From Dehalococcoidia bacterium (lineage in GTDB: Bacteria; Chloroflexota; Dehalococcoidia; UBA6926): 64,000 nucleotides of DNA. The DNA is taken from contig OZ250138.1 of assembly GCA_965237465.1 (NCBI GenBank), forward strand, positions 155,547-219,546, given 5' to 3'. A model generated the notes under the pieces. It was not told the origin of the DNA and did no database searches. It saw only the letters and a list, made by a program, of their open reading frames with translations. Both the position numbers and the translations under genes were made by a program. Positions 10,359 to 20,869 of the stretch are shown piece after piece. The stretch's first letter is position 1; each line of letters opens with the position of its first letter.

Positions 10359-11945
10359 GTGAAAGTCACCGCTGAAGATATGCCTGATCGCCAGATTGGG
10401 CTGCAGATAGAGCTGGATGAGGCGGAGATTGAACAGCACAAGCAGCGGAGCTTTCGCAAACTTGTTCAGCGCCACACAGTTCCCGGATTTCGCAAGGGCA
10501 AGGCCCCACGGGCAATCCTCGAGAGATTTCTAGGCGCAGACACGCTGGTTCAGGAGGACCTGGAGGGGCTGTTGGAGCAGTCGCTCGCCGAGGCAGTCCA
10601 ACAACAGGAGCTGGAGCCTATCGTCCAGCCCCGCGTCACGGACATTGACTCTCTTGACCCCATTATTTTTCGCGCGACGGTTCCACTAAAGCCGGATCTT
10701 GACCTGGGTGACTACGCGTCCATTCGAATCGACTGGACTGATCCGGAGATTGACGAATCGCAGGTCGATGAGGTGCTGGACAACCTGCGCAAGCAGGGCA
10801 CGCCGTGGGAGCCGGTCGAACGGGAAGTGCGGCTGGGCGATCTCCTGACGATTGATGCAACCGGCTATGTGGATGAGGAGCCCGAAGACGAATCTTCGGA
10901 TGCGCCCGAAGATGCCGCGGAGGAAGCGGAATCCGAGGATGACGCGATGGCGGATGACGCCGGCGAAGAGCCGGAATCCGACGAAGGCGCCCCGGAATCC
11001 GGGAGTGCGCCTTCCGACGATGGCCCTCCCGGTCGCCGCGAATTCGTAAACGAGACGGGGATCAGCTATCTGGCGCAGGAGGGAGTGACATATCCTGCGC
11101 CTGGCTTCCCTGAGCAATTGATCGGCATGACGGCGGAAGAGACGCGAGAGTTTACGATTCACGTCCCCGACGACTTTACGATGCGAGACCTGAACGGCAA
11201 GGACGCGCACTTTACCGTCACTGTGCGAGAGGTCAAGGAGCAGAACCCGCCGGACCTTGACGATGAGTGGGCAAAGACCGTCGAGGGATTTGACGATGTC
11301 TTTGAGACGGTGGAAGACCTTAGACAGCGGATCAAGTCCGATCTCACGGAACGCACTGAGCAACAGACCAACGCAGAATATGAGGACAAGATCCTCGAAT
11401 CGCTTACGGAAACGGCCACGGTTTCCTATCCGCCCGTCATCGTTGACATGGAAATTGACCGCATTCTGCAGGATCAGGACGAACAGATGCGAGGAATGGG
11501 CATCTCCCTCGCGGCCTACGCCCAGAACACTGGTCAGGGCTTGGAACAACTGAGGGATTCGGTGCGGCCTCAGGCAGAGCAGCGCGTGCTGCGCGGCCTG
11601 CTCATCTCTGATCTGGCGGAGAAAGAAAGCATCGAGCCTTCGGAAGAAGAGATCGAAGAGGAAGTAGAACGCGTCATTGAGTCGCAGCAAGATCCTGCTG
11701 CGCAAACGCAAGCGCGTGAGGTATTTCAGTCGGAAGCGGCGCGCGAAACTGTTCAGCGCCGCCTTGTCGCCCGCAAGACTATGGATATGCTGGTTGAGAT
11801 CGCCCGTGGGCAATTTGTCGCGGAGTTGTCGGATGACGCTGAAGCTACAGAGGCCGACGCGGAGCCGACCACGTCAGCTGCCGAAGAGGAGCCGGAGCAG
11901 GCGGCAACGGCTCGCGAGGCGAGCGGGGCAGGGCAAGACAGTTAA
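10359..11945 (+). CDS. tig: Trigger factor
   Basis: [10 protein letters not shown] ribosome-binding signature; tig-clpP-clpX order; carries an acidic insertion. Confidence 0.95.
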   Translation: MKVTAEDMPDRQIGLQIELDEAEIEQHKQRSFRKLVQRHTVPGFRKGKAPRAILERFLGADTLVQEDLEGLLEQSLAEAVQQQELEPIVQPRVTDIDSLDPIIFRATVPLKPDLDLGDYASIRIDWTDPEIDESQVDEVLDNLRKQGTPWEPVEREVRLGDLLTIDATGYVDEEPEDESSDAPEDAAEEAESEDDAMADDAGEEPESDEGAPESGSAPSDDGPPGRREFVNETGISYLAQEGVTYPAPGFPEQLIGMTAEETREFTIHVPDDFTMRDLNGKDAHFTVTVREVKEQNPPDLDDEWAKTVEGFDDVFETVEDLRQRIKSDLTERTEQQTNAEYEDKILESLTETATVSYPPVIVDMEIDRILQDQDEQMRGMGISLAAYAQNTGQGLEQLRDSVRPQAEQRVLRGLLISDLAEKESIEPSEEEIEEEVERVIESQQDPAAQTQAREVFQSEAARETVQRRLVARKTMDMLVEIARGQFVAELSDDAEATEADAEPTTSAAEEEPEQAATAREASGAGQDS

Positions 11946-11995
11946 GGCAAACGGACTGCTGGACGCCGCGGCGCCCGCAAAGGAGTAAACGAGAG

Positions 11996-12670
11996 ATGTC
12001 CTCATTGACTAATCCGACCGGCGAGAATCAGCCATTGGGCGCCGGTCCCGCAGGCCCGCAGGGCATCGTGCCAATGGTTATTGAGACGGGCGCCCGCGGA
12101 GAGCGAGCCTTTGACATCTACTCGCTGCTCCTGAAGGAGCGCATCATCTTCCTGGGCACCCCCATCAACGATCAAGTAGCCAACCTCATCGTCGCCCAGT
12201 TGCTCTACCTTGAGCGTGAGGATCCGGATAAGGATATCTCGCTGTACATCAGCAGCCCGGGCGGAGTGATCACGTCCGGCCTGGCCATCTATGACACCAT
12301 TCAACTGATCCGGGCGGATGTGTCCACAATCTGCGTCGGCATGGCAGCCAGCATGGCCACCGTCCTGCTCTGCTCAGGCGCGGCAGGGAAGCGATACGCG
12401 TTGCCCAACTCGACCATTCATATGCACCAGGCCATGGGCGGCGCTCAGGGCCAGGCGACGGACATTGAGATCGCCGCGCGCGAGATTCTCCGGCTGCAGG
12501 AGATCATCCGGGGCATCTTGTCCCGGCACGCCAATCAGCCTGCTGAAAAGGTTGCTCGCGACATGGACCGCGACTACTATCTCACTGCGGATCAGGCTAG
12601 GGACTATGGAATTGTCGATGAGGTCCTCACCGGCGCGGCGGCCTCGTTGAACGGCGCAAGCGAGAGCTAG
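11996..12670 (+). CDS. clpP: ATP-dependent Clp protease proteolytic subunit
   Basis: [27 protein letters not shown] motifs. Confidence 0.98.
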   Translation: MSSLTNPTGENQPLGAGPAGPQGIVPMVIETGARGERAFDIYSLLLKERIIFLGTPINDQVANLIVAQLLYLEREDPDKDISLYISSPGGVITSGLAIYDTIQLIRADVSTICVGMAASMATVLLCSGAAGKRYALPNSTIHMHQAMGGAQGQATDIEIAAREILRLQEIIRGILSRHANQPAEKVARDMDRDYYLTADQARDYGIVDEVLTGAAASLNGASES

Positions 12671-12749
12671 CCGCCGGACTGCGCGGCCGTGTAGATCACG
12701 CGCCGATTACATATTCAGGGCATGAACGAAGGGCCATAAGAGCGAAACG

Positions 12750-14081
12750 ATGCCAGGCACGACGGGCGACGACGACGGCCGCGACGAGACTATATTTCGT
12801 TGCTCCTTCTGCAACAAACCGGAGGGCGCCGTCAGGCTTCTTGCCGGGCCGGATCGTCGTGTATACATCTGCGATGATTGTGTCGCGCTGTGCGCCCGCA
12901 TTCTGCAGGAGCGTCCCGGCGAAGTCGAGACGCAACGATTCTCGCCCAACGATGACGAACAGCCTCAAGAGACGCCGCCGCTGCCCACGCCCCGTGATGT
13001 CTACGGTCTCCTCAGCGAATACGTCATCGGTCAGGAAAGGGCAAAGCGCGTCCTGAGCGTCGGCGTCTACAACCACTACAAGCGCAACAACACCCAGGTC
13101 AGTACTGAATCCGACGTTGAGTTGGACAAGACCAACATTTTGCTCGTCGGGCCGACGGGCAGCGGCAAGACGCTGCTGGCGCAGACGCTGGCGCGTATTC
13201 TGAATGTGCCGTTCGCCATAGCGGACGCGACGTCGCTCACGGAGGCAGGATACGTCGGCGAGGACGTGGAGAATATCCTGCTGAGGTTGATCCAGGCCGC
13301 GGACTTTGACGTCTCGCGGGCTCAGCACGGCATCATCTACATAGATGAGATAGACAAGACGGCGCGCAAAGGCGCCAATCCATCAATCACGCGAGACGTC
13401 TCGGGCGAGGGCGTCCAGCAGGCCCTTCTGAAGATCGTCGAGGGCTGCGTCGCCAACGTGCCGCCCCAGGGCGGGCGAAAGCATCCGCAGCAAGAGTTCA
13501 TCCAGATCGACACGAACGGCATCCTTTTCATTTGCGGCGGCGCCTTTGAAGGGATGGAAGACATCATCAGCGCAAGGGTCCACAAGGACCGCAAGAGCAT
13601 TGGATTCGGCATGGGCCGTGAAACGGACGATCCCGGCGAGCGGAGTCGCATCATGTCGGAGCTCAGCCATGATGACCTGCTCGCCTATGGGATGATTCCG
13701 GAGTTTGTCGGCAGGATGCCCCTCGCCGTCGCCCTTGATCCGCTTCAGAAGGCGGACCTCCTTGCTGTTCTCACAGAGCCCAGAAACGCGTTGGTGAAGC
13801 AATATGTCAGCCTCCTGGAGCTGGATGGCGTGGAACTGGAATTTACCGACGATGCCTTGGAGGCGATTGCAGATCGAGCCTTGTCTCAAAAAACCGGCGC
13901 GCGCGGTCTCCGTACAGTCGTTGAGGATGTGCTTCTTGACGTCATGTACGAGTTGCCTAGCATGACAGGCGTTACGCACTGCCGTATCACGGGCGACGCC
14001 ATTCACAACAGGGTGCCGCCATTGCTGTTCAATGCCAGTGGCGCTGCTGTCCAGCTATCTCCTGAAGAGCAGAGCGCCTAG
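12750..14081 (+). CDS. clpX: Clp protease ATP-binding subunit ClpX
   Basis: CSFC/CDDC zinc finger, [34 protein letters not shown] loop, GARGLR. Confidence 0.98.
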   Translation: MPGTTGDDDGRDETIFRCSFCNKPEGAVRLLAGPDRRVYICDDCVALCARILQERPGEVETQRFSPNDDEQPQETPPLPTPRDVYGLLSEYVIGQERAKRVLSVGVYNHYKRNNTQVSTESDVELDKTNILLVGPTGSGKTLLAQTLARILNVPFAIADATSLTEAGYVGEDVENILLRLIQAADFDVSRAQHGIIYIDEIDKTARKGANPSITRDVSGEGVQQALLKIVEGCVANVPPQGGRKHPQQEFIQIDTNGILFICGGAFEGMEDIISARVHKDRKSIGFGMGRETDDPGERSRIMSELSHDDLLAYGMIPEFVGRMPLAVALDPLQKADLLAVLTEPRNALVKQYVSLLELDGVELEFTDDALEAIADRALSQKTGARGLRTVVEDVLLDVMYELPSMTGVTHCRITGDAIHNRVPPLLFNASGAAVQLSPEEQSA

Positions 14082-14128
14082 GCCGAAACCCCGCCGATTT
14101 CCCTTGTGCCTGATTGGCGCAACGTTCG

Positions 14129-14983
14129 CTACTGCGCCTGAGCTCCGGCGGCGCCCGGCTCATGGGCCTCAACCAACCGCTCGATCTCATCTGTGATGTC
14201 GACTCCATTGGGCAAGTGAACGCCTGCGCTCGTTTCAACCCGGCCGGATCGGATCACAATCTCGCCATCCGCGATGCGACGCAGCGTCGCTATCAGTAGA
14301 TGAGCCTCGCGCCGCAGACCGGCTTCGCGAATCGCCTGAAAGAGCGGGTGCGACTCCCCATGCACTTCACGCAGGCCGTTCGTGGATCCGGGGGAAAGAT
14401 CACGCCAGAGGTCATCAAACGGCGCGCCCCTAATCGGAAAGCGGCAATAGGCGAGAACAGGTCCGCGATCAGTCTCAGTCGTTGCCAGCAGCGCCATGAC
14501 GCCCGTCTCCGTGGCCCGCTGCTGTATCAGTTCCCAGATGACGTCTTGCCACGCCCCGATTGGTCCGTAAGGCGCCGCGGGGTGGAGATTGATCGCCGGA
14601 AAAGCATCAATAATCTTCTCATCTAGAATGACCATCAGACCGGCGAAGACAAACAAATCTACGGGCCGACTGTTGATCAAAGCCAGCAGATCCGTGTTGT
14701 AGCGATCCCGCCATGCCGGATCGTCCTGCCTTTCCGCCCGGTACTCGCCCCAGGAGTGCGATATTGTTGGGATGCCGTAGCCGGTCGCCTGGCTGAGAAA
14801 CGCGTCGCTTCCCTCAGCCTCGCCACGGGCGCGACTGCACAGGACGTACTCAATCTTGGCGTTGAGAGACCCGGATTCAATGGCGCTGTGGGCGCCTGCC
14901 AATAGGAAGCGCGAGCCGCCCCCCCGGCCCGTTGAAAGCCACCCGAGGCGCAGGGTCGAGTCGGCTGATTGGCTGTCTGACAT
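14129..14983 (-). CDS. Divergent phosphoribosylglycinamide formyltransferase (PurN-like formyltransferase)
   Basis: STGRG, AG.M.IL, INLHPA, D.GPV formyltransferase motifs; ATG 14983 preceded by TG-C-TATGCT. Confidence 0.72.
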   Translation of the reverse strand: MSDSQSADSTLRLGWLSTGRGGGSRFLLAGAHSAIESGSLNAKIEYVLCSRARGEAEGSDAFLSQATGYGIPTISHSWGEYRAERQDDPAWRDRYNTDLLALINSRPVDLFVFAGLMVILDEKIIDAFPAINLHPAAPYGPIGAWQDVIWELIQQRATETGVMALLATTETDRGPVLAYCRFPIRGAPFDDLWRDLSPGSTNGLREVHGESHPLFQAIREAGLRREAHLLIATLRRIADGEIVIRSGRVETSAGVHLPNGVDITDEIERLVEAHEPGAAGAQAQ

Positions 14984-15133
14984 GGATGACAGCATAGCAT
15001 CGCGAGTCATCCTGCCGGGGTTCCTGGGCTGTGGTAGTGATGCGCGGCATCCGCCATCGTTACAATATGTACGAAGACAGCGATGTCCTAACGACGAACG
15101 GACGCAATGAGAAATACCCTGGAGGAACAGTTA

Positions 15134-16291
15134 ATGGATGTTGCAGAGCTGCGGGCGCAGATTCCGGCGCTGGCCAACATGACCTACATGAACACCGGCT
15201 GGTCCGGTCCGTCACCCCGGCAAGTGGCCGATGTTCTGAAGAACCGGATTGACCTGGAAATGCGGGAACCGCCGGCTAGCCCGGCGGCCCTTGACAGCGG
15301 ACGGGAGATTCGCGGTCAGGCTCAACAGGCCGCGGCCCGGCTGTTCAACGCTGCCGCCGAGGAAGTGCTGATGACCCGCAACACCACCGAGGGCTTGAAC
15401 ATCGTCCTGAGCGGGCTGAATTGGCAGCCGGGCGACGAGATAGTCACTTGCAGTCTTGAGCACCCCTCGGTGCTCGGGCCCGCCTGGATGATTGCCGAGC
15501 GCTACGGGGCCAGGGTGCAGGTGGCAATGCTGGACCCCCACGACTCCAAAGAGACCATCCTTGAGAAGTTCCAGGGCGCCATGACGCCAAAAACGCGGCT
15601 AATATTCATAAGCCATATTCAGTACTCGACCGGGATGCGGATGCCGGCGGCCGAGTTGGCCGACATGGCCCACAATCACGGCGCTCAAATACTGCTGGAT
15701 GGCGCGCAGACTGGCGGGCACATCAATCTGGACATGCCTGCGGATGGCTTTGATTACTACTCAATCCCCGGCCAGAAATGGATGCTGGGGTACGAGGGCG
15801 TGGGCGCTTTGTATATTCGACAGGAGTTGATTCCCCAGGTCCATCCGGCCCACACCGGCGGTAGAGCCTTTGTCTCGCCGCTCAATCCGGATCATATTGA
15901 GCCAAACCCTGCCGTCATGGAGAAATTCCTGGGAGGCTCGTCCAGCGTGCCGTTGCAGGCGACGTTCGTGGAAGCGGCCCGGTTCATCGAGGCGATTGGC
16001 GTCGAGAACATAGAGGCGCGCAACCGCCAGTTAGCCTCCCGGCTAATGGCCCAATTGAGGGAATCGCCCACGGTGACCGTCCTGTCCCCTGATGACCCCG
16101 CGATGTCTTCCGGCCTGGTCTCGTTCAGCGTAACGGGCTGGGAGCCGGAGGCGCTATCGGAGCATTTGTGGAACAACCACCGCGTTGTCGTGCGTCACAT
16201 CCAATACCCTGCCGCAGTGCGAGCCTCGCTGCACTTCTTCAACACTGAAGAAGAGGTTGACCAGGTAGCGGAGGCGGTCCGGTCACTGTAG
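15134..16291 (+). CDS. PLP-dependent class V aminotransferase / C-S lyase family protein
   Basis: YMNTG, NTTEG, EHPS, DGAQ, PGQKW (PLP Lys), RASLHFFN; GGAGGA RBS before ATG 15134. Confidence 0.88.
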   Translation: MDVAELRAQIPALANMTYMNTGWSGPSPRQVADVLKNRIDLEMREPPASPAALDSGREIRGQAQQAAARLFNAAAEEVLMTRNTTEGLNIVLSGLNWQPGDEIVTCSLEHPSVLGPAWMIAERYGARVQVAMLDPHDSKETILEKFQGAMTPKTRLIFISHIQYSTGMRMPAAELADMAHNHGAQILLDGAQTGGHINLDMPADGFDYYSIPGQKWMLGYEGVGALYIRQELIPQVHPAHTGGRAFVSPLNPDHIEPNPAVMEKFLGGSSSVPLQATFVEAARFIEAIGVENIEARNRQLASRLMAQLRESPTVTVLSPDDPAMSSGLVSFSVTGWEPEALSEHLWNNHRVVVRHIQYPAAVRASLHFFNTEEEVDQVAEAVRSL

Positions 16292-16313
16292 TAGCATCAA
16301 CAGTCAATCGGCC

Positions 16314-16667
16314 CTAGAGGGTTGGGCGCAGGTCAATAAGCCTGCGGCCTGCCGGATCGACTGCAAGCCCCAACTCCTCCAAAGTCACAACACCGATTAG
16401 TGGCGTATTTCCATCCTGCCCAAAGCACACCGGTGTGACTTCAGCGTAACCGTTGATCCGGAGAACCACCCGACCTACTTCGTAGTCGATCTCTTGTCCA
16501 TTTGCCAATCGGAATCCCATAGTGCGTGTTGGAACAATGCCAAGTTACCTTAGCATGGAAGTGGGTATAAACGAATAGGTGGCGCCAGTGTCCACCATTG
16601 CCTCCACCTCTCTGGTCTCAGTGCCATCGAGATTAGAGAGCTGAACCGTAACGTCTACTCTTCCCAT
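16314..16667 (-). pseudogene. Clan AA (retropepsin-like) aspartic protease with in-frame TAA at codon 41
   Basis: Manual translation MGRVDVTVQLSNLDGTETREVEAMVDTGATYSFIPTSMLR*LGIVPTRTMGFRLANG...PLIGVVTLEELGLAVDP; DTGA motif; stop at 16545-16547. Confidence 0.85.
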
Positions 16668-16700
16668 ACGACTAGTGTAGCGCGGTTCTATTGGGCGCGT

Positions 16701-17366
16701 TTACCGCGACAGGCGTAGTTTCCGACTTAACACCGTCCAGCGCGTGGACAAGTGAATGAGCGGCGTCGTGCGTTTGCCGTTGATGGATCCATGGCGGAGG
16801 GCGTCAAGAAAGTCCTCCCGACCCTCGAATGTCGGTATGTCCGTGTAGGCGTTGCCAATCTCCATCGCCGTGTGGCCGTCCGTCACGCCTATGGGACGGA
16901 TGTCGTGCTCCGCGCTATGTCTGCGTATGAAGTCGACGCCGCGCATGATGTCGCCCTTCAGCGTTGTTCGGGCGTTGAAGGCTTCGATGACGTCCACGTC
17001 GGGCAGAATGTCGAGCAGCGCCGCCTCAGTGATGTGCTTGCGCCGTAAGCGGTCGAACGGGTGGGGAACCTGGACGATGCCGCCCTGATCCTTGATCCGC
17101 GCCACCGTCTCCTTGGCGGACAGGCCGCGCGGTATGTCCGATTCCAGGAACAGGCCGATGATCTCGCCGTCCGCCGTGCGCAGTTCCGCGCCTATAATCA
17201 CAGGGAAGGGCGCAATCTCGCGCACCTCCAGTGCGCCCCGGATTGTGTGATGATCCGTGACCGCGATGATGTCAATTCCCGCGCGTTGACATGCGCGAAC
17301 CAGCGCCTCCGGCGTGAGGCTTGAGTCCGGCGACACACGCGTGTGTATGTGGAAATCACCGCGCAC
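16701..17366 (-). CDS. PHP-domain phosphoesterase
   Basis: DFHIHT, AVTDH, GAE, PHPF, TDGH motifs. Confidence 0.88.
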   Translation of the reverse strand: MRGDFHIHTRVSPDSSLTPEALVRACQRAGIDIIAVTDHHTIRGALEVREIAPFPVIIGAELRTADGEIIGLFLESDIPRGLSAKETVARIKDQGGIVQVPHPFDRLRRKHITEAALLDILPDVDVIEAFNARTTLKGDIMRGVDFIRRHSAEHDIRPIGVTDGHTAMEIGNAYTDIPTFEGREDFLDALRHGSINGKRTTPLIHLSTRWTVLSRKLRLSR

Positions 17367-17417
17367 TTTACGGCGCCTTAGCCTGCGGGCAATGCGGCCC
17401 CGGCCCGGTCCGTTGAG

Positions 17418-17975
17418 CTAGGCGCGCTCAACGTATGCGCCGGTGCGGGTGTCGACAACGACGGAAGCGCTGCTTTCCACAAACATGGGGACTGTGATGA
17501 CCAGCCCCGTCTCCAGCGTGGCCGGTTTCGTGCCCGCGTTGGCGGTGTCTCCCTTAAAGGATGGCGGGGTCTCCACAATGCCGAGCGTGACCGTTGTGGG
17601 CAACTCCACGCCGATCGGCTCATTCTGGTAGAAGACCATCTCAAGATTCATGTTCTCTGTCATGTAGGGCAGGGAATCTTCAATCTTGTCACGGTCGACG
17701 GGGAACTGCTCAAAGGAGTCCGTGTCCATGAAATGGTAGAGGCCATCGTCGGAATACAGGAATTGAACGGAGCGGGTTTCCAGGGTGGCGCGAGTGAACC
17801 TTTCTCCGGCCTGGACGGTGCGATCAATGGTGTGTCCGCCCTTAATATCGCGCAGCTTCATGCGCACCTGGGCGGAGCCGCGACCGATCTTCAAGTGCTG
17901 AAAGTCCAGGAGCTGATACAGCGTTCCGCCGATCTCAATGGTCACGCCGCGCCGCAGGTCGCCGGTCTCAATCAT
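17418..17975 (-). CDS. efp: Elongation factor P
   Basis: HLKIGRGSA loop, KGDTA, KPATLETG, VDTRTGAYVERA. Confidence 0.97.
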   Translation of the reverse strand: MIETGDLRRGVTIEIGGTLYQLLDFQHLKIGRGSAQVRMKLRDIKGGHTIDRTVQAGERFTRATLETRSVQFLYSDDGLYHFMDTDSFEQFPVDRDKIEDSLPYMTENMNLEMVFYQNEPIGVELPTTVTLGIVETPPSFKGDTANAGTKPATLETGLVITVPMFVESSASVVVDTRTGAYVERA

Positions 17976-17994
17976 TCTGTAGTAGCCTCGCTGC

Positions 17995-19068
17995 TTATCT
18001 GATCTTGGGAGCGCTGCTCAGCACGCGGCAGCGTCCGTCCCTCAGTTCAACCACATCCTCTATGCGCACGCCGCCCCAACCTGTCAGATAAATGCCAGGC
18101 TCAACGGTAAAGATCATACCCTCGCGCAGCACGTCGGGCGCGCTCTTGCCGACGCGGGGGAACTCATGAACCGCGAGCCCTACGCCGTGGCCGAGCGAGT
18201 GTCCGAAATCATCGCCATGCCCGGCGTCTACAATAATGTCTCGCGCGAGAGCGTCCGCCTGATCTCCCGTCATGCCCTCTTCAATGGTGGCGATGGCGGT
18301 CTCCTGGGCAACCAGGACGATGTCATATATGCGCCGGAACTTGTCATCGGGCTCACCCAGGCAAATCGTGCGCGTCAGGTCGGCGTTGTAGCCGTTGACG
18401 CGTGCGCCGATGTCAATGACGATGGGCGCGCCGGCGGCAATGGGCGCCTCGGAAGGCCGATGGTGAGCCATCGCGCCGTTCGGCCCGGACGCCACGATCA
18501 GGTCAAAGGCGATCGATTCGGCGCCCCTCTCCCGCATCGCAACCTCAATGCGCCAGGCAACATCCTGTTCCGAAACGCCTTCGGCAAGAGATTTCGACAC
18601 GCTCACAAAGGCCTCGTCAGTGATGCGTATGGCCGAGAGTAGGGCCTCGCGTTCGGCCTCGTCCTTGATGGCGCGAATTTCCTCAATGGTGTCGCCAAGC
18701 GGAACAAGCTGTTTGCCGGCATCGCCGCACAACTGAGCAAGGCGTTTGTGCGTGGCGACAGTGACGTGCGACTCCTCAAAGCCAACGCGGGTTGCGTCGC
18801 CCATTGAGCTGAGCATCTCCTTGAACCACTCGCTGCCGGGGCCCGCCATGTGGACGATGTCATACTCCGGCGCCTGCTTGCCGGCCTGCTCGGTATAGCG
18901 CGAATCCGTGGCGAGCATCGCGCGATCCGCGGAGACGAACAGCGACCCTGCGGAGCCGCTGAAGCCGCTCATGTATCGTCTGTTTTCTGGTTGGGAGACC
19001 CACATGGCGTCCACCCCGGACGGATCCAGGGCTTCGCGCAGTTGGGCAAGTCGATCGGGAGTGCTCAT
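17995..19068 (-). CDS. Xaa-Pro aminopeptidase (M24B)
   Basis: RYMSGFSGS, TDSRY, DIG, YNADLTRT, HSLGHGVGL.VHE, EPGIY, GVRIED. Confidence 0.93.
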   Translation of the reverse strand: MSTPDRLAQLREALDPSGVDAMWVSQPENRRYMSGFSGSAGSLFVSADRAMLATDSRYTEQAGKQAPEYDIVHMAGPGSEWFKEMLSSMGDATRVGFEESHVTVATHKRLAQLCGDAGKQLVPLGDTIEEIRAIKDEAEREALLSAIRITDEAFVSVSKSLAEGVSEQDVAWRIEVAMRERGAESIAFDLIVASGPNGAMAHHRPSEAPIAAGAPIVIDIGARVNGYNADLTRTICLGEPDDKFRRIYDIVLVAQETAIATIEEGMTGDQADALARDIIVDAGHGDDFGHSLGHGVGLAVHEFPRVGKSAPDVLREGMIFTVEPGIYLTGWGGVRIEDVVELRDGRCRVLSSAPKIR

Positions 19069-19517
19069 GGCTTGAGATTTTCTCCCTTCGCCTGATCCAG
19101 AATGAAATCCAGCGCGCTCAGGTATCCGCGCCAGCCCAGGCCGGTTATCTGCCCGCGGGCTATCGGAGCGACGACACTGCGACGCCGAAATTCCTCCCTG
19201 GCGTGGATGTTTGAGAGATGCACCTCAACGATGGGGGCGCCCATATCCTGCAGCGCGTCACGGAGGCTGTATCCGTAGTGCGTCAGCGCGCCGGGATTGA
19301 TGACGATGCCGTCCGCGCCCGTTGATGCTTGCGCTTGCAGGAAGTCAATGATGTCGCCCTCGCCGTTGGCCTGGAAGCAGATCGCCTCCGCGCCGCGTTC
19401 CTGGGCTCGGGAAACAAAGGCAGCCTCAATCTCGGCCAGGGTCGTCGTCCCGTATTGGGCCGGGTCCCTCTGGCCAAGTCGATTCAGATTGGGGCCATTT
19501 ACAAGCAGAATGCGCAT
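19065..19517 (-). CDS. aroQ: Type II 3-dehydroquinate dehydratase
   Basis: NGPNLNRLG.R.P..YG, INPGALTH, EVHLSNIHAREEFR. Confidence 0.97.
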   Translation of the reverse strand: MRILLVNGPNLNRLGQRDPAQYGTTTLAEIEAAFVSRAQERGAEAICFQANGEGDIIDFLQAQASTGADGIVINPGALTHYGYSLRDALQDMGAPIVEVHLSNIHAREEFRRRSVVAPIARGQITGLGWRGYLSALDFILDQAKGENLKP

Positions 19518-19553
19518 AACATAGGCGGCGGTTCCTCGCCTTTTGCTATCTTA

Positions 19554-20615
19554 TCAGGCATCAATCTTGTCTGGCTCATCTTCTGCGGAAACGTCGTCTC
19601 TATCCATGCCGGGGTGGGCGCGAGCATATGCTTGCGCCATTTGGGCCTGCGTCACGTGCGTGTAGATCTCCGTCGTGGCTACAGAGGCGTGGCCAAGCAT
19701 CTCCTGAAGGGAGCGCAAGTCCGCTCCCCCGTCCAGCATGTGCGTCGCAAATGAATGGCGCAACGTGTGCGGGTGAACGCTCTCAGGGAGGCCGGCCTCC
19801 TGCGCCCATTTCTTGAGAGCCAGTTCGATGCCGCGCGTCGTCAGTCGCCCTCCGCGTCCATTCAGAAAGACGGCGTCAAGTGGCGTGCCGGGTCGTTCAA
19901 GAAGAGGCCGACCATCGCTCAAGTAGACGGATATGGCGTTGGCGCAGGGCTCGCCGAACAGGGTGTCTCTCTGTTTGGATCGTTTGCCCCACACGCGGGC
20001 GACGCCGTGACGCAAGTCCAGCCCGCCCATGTCCAGCGACGAAATCTCTGCGACTCGCAGCCCGGCGCCATAGGCTAGCTCCAGAACGGCATAATCCCTC
20101 ATCGCCAGCGCCCTCTTATGCTCCAATTGCGCATCCGATTGTTTGCGTTCGGTGGAATCAAGGTATCGGCGCGGGGCCTGGACAAGGCGTTCCGCGTCCC
20201 GCTCCGTCAGGAAATCCGGCAGGCGACGGCCAAGCTTTGGCGAGGGGACGCGAGTGATCGTCTCAGGATGTTCAATGACGCCCTCGCGCGCGAGAAAGCG
20301 CCAGAAAGATCGCAGCGCCGACATCCTGCGCGCCATTGATGTCCGCGCCGCTCCCTCCATCGTCAGGGCATAAATCCACTGTTGTACGTGATCCTTGGTG
20401 ACGTCCGGCAGCTGCTTTACGCCGTCGTCATGGACGAATCCCAGGAAGGCCCGCAGATCGGCCATGTAGTTGCGGAGCGTATAGCGGGAGGCCCCCCGCT
20501 CAAGCTCCATGTACCGCCCAAACGCGTTGAGGCGGTCCTGCCACCCCTGCGGGAGGGTGATATAAGCCGATGCCGTTTGACCGCCGCGTCCGGCGCTTCC
20601 CCGTTTCAATGCCAT
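19554..20615 (-). CDS. xerC: Tyrosine recombinase XerC
   Basis: GLRVAEI, GKRSKQR, HPHTLRHSFATHML, LQEMLGHAS..TTEIYTHV; conserved dprA-topA-xerC context. Confidence 0.9.
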   Translation of the reverse strand: MALKRGSAGRGGQTASAYITLPQGWQDRLNAFGRYMELERGASRYTLRNYMADLRAFLGFVHDDGVKQLPDVTKDHVQQWIYALTMEGAARTSMARRMSALRSFWRFLAREGVIEHPETITRVPSPKLGRRLPDFLTERDAERLVQAPRRYLDSTERKQSDAQLEHKRALAMRDYAVLELAYGAGLRVAEISSLDMGGLDLRHGVARVWGKRSKQRDTLFGEPCANAISVYLSDGRPLLERPGTPLDAVFLNGRGGRLTTRGIELALKKWAQEAGLPESVHPHTLRHSFATHMLDGGADLRSLQEMLGHASVATTEIYTHVTQAQMAQAYARAHPGMDRDDVSAEDEPDKIDA

Positions 20616-20785
20616 GCTGCATTTTAGACCAATTTCGAAATAATGGGGTGCCAGACCGGCCAACGCCATACAGCCAGGCGTTTTCCGCCATGTCGGATAG
20701 GACTTCTGCCACTTGCTCCGGCGAAAGGGTCAATCCGGCCCTCGCCGCTAGTTGCCCTGGACGCCTGTAATTCTCTAGCGCGGAT

Positions 20786-20810
20786 CGTCATTCCCGTGTA
20801 GACGGGGAAC
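20786..20810 (+). repeat. Single degenerate CGTC-type REP palindrome
   Basis: CGTCATTCCCGTGTAGACGGGGAAC resembles the units at 31.4-31.8 kb and 42.9 kb. Confidence 0.5.
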
Positions 20811-20869
20811 AATGATCGGCTCTTGGTGACGCCGACGTACGTGCAGCGAAAGTCCGCGCGAAGTCGAAA

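Noticed and set aside
7097-13654. Long antisense ORFs opposite the sigma factor, aspS, tig and clpX
   Set aside because: Typical shadow frames of GC-rich coding sequence; no independent signals
16545-16547. Selenocysteine or pyrrolysine recoding of the protease stop
   Set aside because: The codon is TAA, not TGA or TAG
19554-20615. Phage or island integrase
   Set aside because: Sits in the conserved dprA-topA-xerC context with no att sites or mobile cargo; best read as housekeeping XerC
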